A stretch of DNA of 58,320 bases, the filler included, from Squatina squatina (lineage: Eukaryota), in assembly GCA_031763465.1 (NCBI GenBank). It is 3 parts of 3 records of this genome, joined end to end, with 100 filler letters (N's around TTAATTAATTAA, not from the genome) between each part and the next. Parts side by side here need not be neighbours in the genome. Positions count along the whole stretch, not along the records: positions 42,101 to 58,320 come from JARFOE010000168.1; 2 more parts are not named here. One strand, 5' to 3'. Below are positions 51,446 through 58,320 of the stretch, piece after piece. The notes under the pieces are model-generated. The model was not told the DNA's origin and did not search any database. It worked only from the letters and a program-made list of their open reading frames with translations. The position numbers and the translations under genes are program-made. How positions within the stretch are numbered: position 1 is the stretch's first letter; each line of letters starts with the position of its first letter.

Positions 51446-51956
51446 TAAAGGCGAGGTGGCCAAGGTAAGTTTAGAAAAAAAATTTACCTTGTCTCTTGCA
51501 GGTTTTCCGCCTGTCTTCTTTGCCTGCGATCGATCAGCTCTGCTTGACTGCCAGGCTGATCATGAATGCAGCTGCTGTCGTGGAGAAGGTAAGTTTTTTT
51601 GGCAGAACTCACGCTAATTTTTTCTACTTTTTAAAGTTAGCACCCCAAACAGGATGCTCCCAAATTTCTCCCCCTATCGCTGTTACAGATATACTCAGGC
51701 TATGTTGTGTCCAGCATACACTCCTGAACTAAGCACTTGTACTTGCATATTAATAATTGAACACGAGCAAACCCTCTGATTGAAGTAAGCATATTGTAGT
51801 AATTACACCACAGTCTCCTCTTATATTGTTTTGTTAAATTTTGGGAGAATGTTCCAGAGGATCTGAAATAATAGCAGCCATTACATTTCCATATGAACTT
51901 GAGTGTTTATTCAATCACAAAAGTGGCAACAAACAACGAACAATGGCCAGCACATT

Positions 51957-52227
51957 GGGGTTCAATAGCATAGTGGTTATGTTCCTGGGCGAATAATCCA
52001 GAGGTCTGGACTACTCTTTTGAAGTCATGAGTTCACATCCCAACATGGCAACTTGGGAATTTAAATTCAGTTAATTAAATAAACCTGGAATGATAAAGCT
52101 GGTATCAGTAATGGTGACCATGAAACTACTGGATTGTTGTAAAAACCTACCTGGTTCATTAATATCCTTAACAAAGGAAATCTGTGTGTCCTTAACTGTC
52201 CTAGCCTAAATGTGACTTCAGACCCAC
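51957..52227 (+). mobile_element. tRNA-headed SINE of SlmI/MetaSINE type, 3' part lost in a gap
   Basis: A-box tagcatagtgg and B-box gagttcacatccc. Body cagtaatggtgaccatgaaacta...ctggttcattaat...ggaaatctg...gtgacttcagacccac. Confidence 0.75.
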
Positions 52228-52646
52228 NNNNNNNNNNNNNNNNNNNNNNNNNNNNNNNNNNNNNNNNNNNNNNNNNNNNNNNNNNNNNNNNNNNNNNNNN
52301 NNNNNNNNNNNNNNNNNNNNNNNNNNNATTACTCCTAACATCTCGCCACCAATCTCAGAATTGCACCCCTGCATCAATCTGACATTTCTGTTTCCTCAAC
52401 TAACCATCCTGTGGCTTTTCTAAGTAAAATTGTTAAATTTGCACCAATTATTGACAAATTAGAGGCAGGTTTGCTCGCTTGCACCCATGCACCTTAGAAA
52501 CTGCACAAAAGCTCATTTCACCAGACCAAGGAGTTCTTCATTTTATCTGGATGAACTAACTGGATAACTGTTACAAATAATATATATTTTCTATTTCAGT
52601 GGAGTTCTCAGCTGACATTTGTTTTTTTTCGCCCTGGTTATCTCAG

Positions 52647-52879
52647 CAGAAGAGGCCTGGAGAAGGGAGGATGATGGGGATGAAGCCCCTGAAGAAACGA
52701 ATGCCCAGTGGAGCTCGGGAACTGCAATCAATGAGGCTCCCTTCACGGACTTCAGATCCAGATCCTTCTATATGAGGAAGAGTATTTCAGTGGACGAGCA
52801 TCTGGGCTGGTTGGAGTATTCGCAAGATCCTTCAGAGAGCAAAATGGAGAAAGTGAAAGTTAACCTCAGAAGAAAATTT
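52647..52879 (+). CDS. Internal coding exon of a large gene; tentatively N-terminal region of an ANKFN1-like protein
   Basis: Branch-like GCTGAC, polypyrimidine tract and NAGNAG acceptor (ctCAG|CAG). Open frame EEAWRREDD...FRSRSFYMRKSISVDEHLG...KVKVNLRRKF. Consensus donor TTT|GTGAGT (phase 1 in, phase 0 out). The exon itself is well supported; the name is a weak recollection. Confidence 0.7.
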
Positions 52880-53712
52880 GTGAGTAAAATGGCTTTTGAT
52901 TTATTGCTGTGGGTTAAAGCACCTTTTACAAGCTTGGTGAACAATGGTAAAAAGTGATGGTTGAGAGACTGCTGAAAGGCTGCAGAGTTAAGTGCATGGG
53001 ATTGAAAATAAAGAGCAGTAGCAAACACCTGATTGGCAAACACTGGCATGGGTGGAGTGTCTGTGCCAGTATACATGGGCAGGAAAGAAGGAAAGAAGTT
53101 AAATGGTAAAATGCTAAAATATCAAAAGATTANNNNNNNNNNNNNNNNNNNNNNNNNNNNNNNNNNNNNNNNNNNNNNNNNNNNNNNNNNNNNNNNNNNN
53201 NNNNNNNNNNNNNNNNNNNNNNNNNNNNNNNNCCTCAGAACCCACAACTCTGGAGTGGAAGCAAGTCATCCTCGACCCTGAGGGACTGCCTAAGAAGAAG
53301 AAGAAGAAATGCTCGTCTTTCCTTCTCTTCAATCTGGAGAAAGAGGTAGCTTTGCAAACTTTGGAATTTACAGACATCACATCAGGCTTATAGATCGATC
53401 TGACAACTACTGTTTTTAGAGCATTGGATTCAATAAGGGAAATGACTTATGACTCGTGAGAAGAGCCTAGGGCAGATGTACTCCCACAAATTACACACAG
53501 CTGGTGTTAGGCAAGGTGACCGCTAGCAGTCACCTACTGTTGACACGGCTCAAAATCCTGCTGGACCCAAATGTAGACAAGAGTCAGGCAACAATTGCTC
53601 AAGTGACTTCTCAAATAATAGCTGCCTTACTCTGGCAGAAGACTTTTGGGGGAACAGCTTGGGGGAGCAAGCTGGTCAGCCAGCTGTTCCGGGGGTGACA
53701 TGCTGCCACAGT

Positions 53713-53786
53713 GGGCAGTTAGCTTAGATAGCTAGGACGTGGTGCAAATAAATGCAAGGTCGTGGGTTCAATCTCCATCCTGACAA
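53713..53786 (+). pseudogene. tRNA-Ile(AAT)-derived sequence (pseudogene or SINE head)
   Basis: 74-nt ungapped match by eye (about three quarters identical) to recalled vertebrate tRNA-Ile(AAT). Anticodon AAT retained at 53747-53749. Acceptor stem and U33 are degraded. Confidence 0.75.
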
Positions 53787-54189
53787 GCTATTTTCTCCGC
53801 TGCTACAAATATTGGTTTTATTTCCGAAGAAGGCTCGACGGGCCGAATGGCCTTCTACCACACTATAACTATCTATGATAAGAGACTCCCCCACCCCTAC
53901 CATTTTGAGCCCCCAGTCTCATTGAAATCCGCCAGGCTTGCTATGGGGAGCCAAACAGACCCCTGATTCAACTCGCCGGACTGAGGCCTCAATATCGGGT
54001 CGAGTCAGCCTCAAACAAGGTAGGTTGAGGAGGGGTTGCTGTCCCAGGGTGCAAGAGGTCCAGATTATTTCTGTGGATCACTCCTACACCTCCGGAGCCC
54101 ACAAAAGTAATTGGGCACTTCCCTTTGGCCTGGCCTCTTCGGTTCCATCGCCCATGGAACTGGTTGGACTGAGGATGGTGCAGCTCTGA

Positions 54190-54540
54190 CCAGTGCCGGC
54201 CAAAAATGGCAATTGGTGGTACTGAGTTACCAGTACTAGGTTTAATCCCTGTTCAGTACTGCATAATTGAATCTATCTCAGACTGGGCCACCGCGAGTGT
54301 TATGGAAGGGAAAAATCTGAAAGAGTTCCTGCTCCTGATCAGAATGCAGTGACTCCTGTTAGCAAGTTTGCCTATGTGGGTGAGAGGTTGGGACAACGTC
54401 AGGCTTGACTGTGACACCTCCCATGGTTGAGTAGCCCGCCAACACTCTCTCGGCTCACATAAACAATAGACACTTGGTTGAGGTACCAGAGAATATCTGG
54501 TGCTTCTGGAACTGTACTCCAGCATGGGGAGAAATCGGGA
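54190..54540 (+). mobile_element. Old SINE-like repeat (family of 24190-24481)
   Basis: ttcctgctcctgatc...cagtgactcctg...ggctcacat...gaggtaccagag...tggaactgtactccagca, shared with other copies in the window. Confidence 0.55.
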
Positions 54541-55294
54541 AGAAGTAAAGAAAACACAAACTGCTGGATCGTTCAGTGAATGCTCTTAATGCTCCAAGAA
54601 TTTGATTTTAAAAATAATTCATTGATATTCAGAGCTCAGGACTGCCAGCTTGGTGCTTTTACCAGATATCACCACAAATTACCTGTGGATGTTTAATGAA
54701 TAGCAAATTCTGTTAGTGCTCCAAGAAGTTAATTTTTAAAATAACTTCTTGAATTCATGTTGAGTGCTGCCAACCTGATGTTTTCACTGTTTGAGAGGCT
54801 TCAGAAGATACCACTAGTGGGAATAACTGTCAAATATTTTGTTTTTTTTCAGTAGAGTTCCACTTGCCCTCTTTTTAGATCTGAAATAATCACCAGGTGG
54901 GGTTGATTTTTTCTATAAAGTTACATTTATAAAATAAAAAAACCTTGCATATGCACGCACTTCTTGCCCACAAACGTACCATTTTTATGTCAGCATTTAT
55001 AATGGGCACACCCTGTGACAATATGTCAACATTCTTTGTCAACAGCGCACCCAATCAAAAGGCTTTCNNNNNNNNNNNNNNNNNNNNNNNNNNNNNNNNN
55101 NNNNNNNNNNNNNNNNNNNNNNNNNNNNNNNNNNNNNNNNNNNNNNNNNNNNNNNNNNNNNNNNNNNAGGAGCCATTCCAAAATTAACTTCCTGTCTAGT
55201 CTTAGAGTAACCCAAGGAAATTCGTCTCCACCACCATCACAGACCACAGTGGAGGTATTTCAGAGAGAATCAATCTGCATTCATGCTCTAGTTT

Positions 55295-55320
55295 GAGAGA
55301 GAGAGAGAGAGAGAAAGAAA
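55295..55320. repeat. (GA)n microsatellite
   Basis: gagagagagagagagagagaaagaaa. Confidence 0.9.
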
Positions 55321-55750
55321 GTATTTTCTTAGCTAAGTAGAAGCAAATAAAAAAGCCACAGTTGAACTTTTAGATAGCAGCCTGCAGCTTGGACACACTC
55401 ATGTGCATGTACAAACTCTTAAATTCACATCTGTCTAAAGAGTTTGAAAATTGTCTCTGCCTGCCCTCACTCCCTCTTTATTAGACTGGTGTACGTATTG
55501 TGATCTAATTTATGAGATTTAAATTGAAAATGTCTTTGCCCGTCAAATATCAGGATGCTGTTCAGCATCAGTACACAGAGACACACGTTTCCTGCACAAA
55601 ATTATGATTATTTATAGGCTGGTAAGAACTTGAAAGTCTGGAATCCAGCAGTGTAGCCTCCCATGGGGCATTGTGGTGAAATCTAGAATTCTTGGATTGA
55701 TGCACAGTAAAACTCTATTAAAATGCCATTAAATCCAATAATAGACTCAA

Positions 55751-56449
55751 TGGTGTCCAAATTTAACATAGTTGCTCCCGTTTTTACGGGCCTAAAAAGG
55801 GCACAGTGATAACAAATTTAGCACTGCAGAGTCCTGTGACAAACCTGCAGAGTGTTTGGGATGCTGCTAAATTGGTCGACCCTGGCGGTCGCCCGAATTG
55901 AACACAGGCCTCATTACAATGCAGAAATAGGCTCTTGTGCTCATTTTAGACTTGGACTCCTGTATTTGCTTGCCCTGTTCGGAGCTTACTCTGCGGATGC
56001 TCCAACTACCATTTCCAGGTCATGAGCAGCCTAATCAGGGGTCCTTAAAGGGACTTCTGCAGGACGCTCAAAAAAAGGCCCATAACTGAGCATTTTGTGG
56101 AGTCGGAAGGAGCATGAATGCTTCTCCTGGTTCCATGGAACAACTGCGGGCTGCTGCTGACCCGCCCATGGCTGCTCGTGATCTGCTCCCCCCCTGGACG
56201 TACCTCATGCCGACAGGCGATCTATGTCGGTGTTTTTTTTTATTCATTCAAGGGATGTGGGCATCGCTGGCAAGACCAGCACTTATTGCCTTTTTAATTG
56301 CCCTTGAGAAGGTGTGTCTGATTGGCGTCCATAGCTCGCCTGATTTATTCTGATGAGGCCAGAGGATGAATTTCCTTTGGTCCTCTCGACTGTCACTGCG
56401 CACCATTGGATTCGCACCTAATTTGGATCACTAAGAAATTTAGATCCCA
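55751..56449. mobile_element. Putative TIR element with a nested LINE tail (56232-56312, minus)
   Basis: Ends tggtgtccaaattt and aaatttagatccca are imperfect inverted repeats. The interior is CpG-rich. Confidence 0.4.
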
Positions 56450-58320
56450 ATAGATGTTAACCATATTTTAGGGTATTTTGCCGAATCTAAAAGTTTGTAC
56501 NNNNNNNNNNGGTGGTCAAAATCGAACATACACATGCACGGGCTAGAAATTGATTCACGCCCCGTTGGGGTGCTCATGGGCCAGGCACTGGCATTTCTCG
56601 CGCCGGTGCCCACTCCACTCACTGTGGAATTCATTGATTCGCGGCGCCTGCGAGTAGCAGCGCGCTCCCGGTTGCAACTGGGCAGCTGCCTTCTTACGCG
56701 GCTGGCATGGCCTGAGCGCCACACCAGTGATATCAGAAGTGACGCGTCAGCGTGTTGTTGTCGCTGCGGATGCAAACGGGCTGCTANNNNNNNNNNNNNN
56801 NNNNNNNNNNNNNNNNNNNNNNNNNNNNNNNNNNNNNNNNNNNNNNNNNNNNNNNNNNNNNNNNNNNNNNNNNNNNNNNNNNNNNNTGAGGGAAGGTCAG
56901 GGGAAAAGTTGTCCATGTGGGATGGTGCAGGGAAAGCAGGGAGACATCAGAAAAAAGGAGGGAAAAATGCAGATTCTGAGATACCTGTGGGGAATGCCTC
57001 TGCTGTCAAAGCCGTTCTTTCATGACTGGAAGAAGCATTGCAGTCGAAGCAAATGATATAATGGAGCACAAACTAGTTCTTTCATTGCCTTGTTGCTGAA
57101 AGCGATACACAGTTATGTCATTCTCTGTGTGTTTCACCTTCACAGTTCTCTCTCCCCTCCCCAAACCAAAGGACCTACGTTATCGGTGACCTTGTCTGTT
57201 TTGGCAGCAACAGTTTTTCTTAAAGGTAATTATAGAAAACAGCTTCTTTCAGAGCTGTTTACTTTGACAATTATGCACAGTGATGTAATTCTGAGCATGT
57301 GCTACCCTCACTACCCCAGAAACTAATTTATCATTGACATCTGGTCAATCATGATGTGTAATACCACTGAAAACACACACAGAAGCTAACACNNNNNNNN
57401 NNNNNNNNNNNNNNNNNNNNNNNNNNNNNNNNNNNNNNNNNNNNNNNNNNNNNNNNNNNNNNNNNNNNNNNNNNNNNNNNNNNNNNNNNNNNTAAAAAAA
57501 GCTGGAAATGCTGGAAACACTCAGCAAGTCAGGCAGCACCTGAGACCTTGGATTGCGTGGTTTAGTGTTACACAGGGTGGTGCCTTTATCCACTGGTGCA
57601 TCAAGGGAGTTAAGATCTTGGCTTTTGACTGAGATTTAGGATTGATCTTGTCATTGGTACTTCCACACCCAACAGTATTTTTGTGAGAGAGTGCGGTGTA
57701 ACCATTAAGGGCATAGAATTGAGGTCAAGTTAATAGATTGTGGGCTTCCCAAGGACTGGTTAAGTGTTTGTTTCCTTTTGGTTTTGTCAGTCATTTGTAC
57801 CAGCGCTACATAGACCAATGAAAAGGGCAAATTAGCAATTCGCTTATCAGTCTGATAGAAACCAGGCAATTGGCATGACATGGCCTTGCTGCTTATCGCC
57901 TCAGTACATGCTGTGATTTATTTCATTGCTGGCTGAGCCAGTCTATCAGCAGGCAATAACATAAACCCAGGATTACTCAAAGTGCATAAAGGCCAAAAAA
58001 ATAGTAATGGACACACTGTGGAGACAGAAAGATTGATTCTTTTGTACTTTTATTTTTCTTCAGGCCTTTGGTAGCTTTACATGTGCACAGCCCAGCGAAA
58101 TAGATTCCCAATCATGATCATTCTTTGGCTGGTTTTGACGGTGAACTTAGTGCAAAGTGTTTGAGGGTGTGATCAGGCCAATTTAATTGTGCATTCAAGA
58201 CTGTTGATGTGAGGCAGAATTCCAGAGACCAATGTGCCGCAATGGACCTTCCTTAATCCTTTGCAGTCTGTCGGTTTGCCATTTCATTGATTGGTGAACG
58301 TGAACTGATAGAGATACTGA

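Noticed and set aside
53713-53786. Functional tRNA-Ile gene
   Set aside because: The acceptor and anticodon stems are disrupted and the invariant U33 and D-loop GG are lost, so it is treated as a pseudogene or SINE head.
56350-56390. CTGATGAG hammerhead-like start
   Set aside because: No stem II followed by GAAA.

Overview
Eukaryotic (vertebrate) DNA. It is almost certainly from a cartilaginous fish (shark-type), judged by its repeats: SacSINE1-like DeuSINEs, SlmI/MetaSINE-like SINEs, HER1/CR1, L2, L1/Tx1 and Penelope relics, and GC-rich TIR elements. The assembly is a fragmented draft with many 10-N and 100-N gaps and two synthetic N44-TTAATTAATTAA-N44 joins. Content, in order: (i) the probable long 3' UTR and poly(A) site of an upstream + strand gene (to ~5.4 kb); (ii) an intact single-coding-exon FNDC11 (16335-17267, +); (iii) a chain of phase-compatible short exons (~18.6-24.8 kb, +) that appears to encode a protein I cannot name and that the ORF track mostly misses; (iv) one well-formed internal coding exon (52647-52879, +) of a large gene, tentatively ANKFN1-like. 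The rest is intronic or intergenic and rich in decayed transposons. It includes two minisatellites apparently born from CR1 sequence and a tRNA-Ile-headed, CR1-tailed SINE candidate. No prokaryote-type system (CRISPR, operon) is present. All family assignments are from recalled sequences by eye, not database searches.
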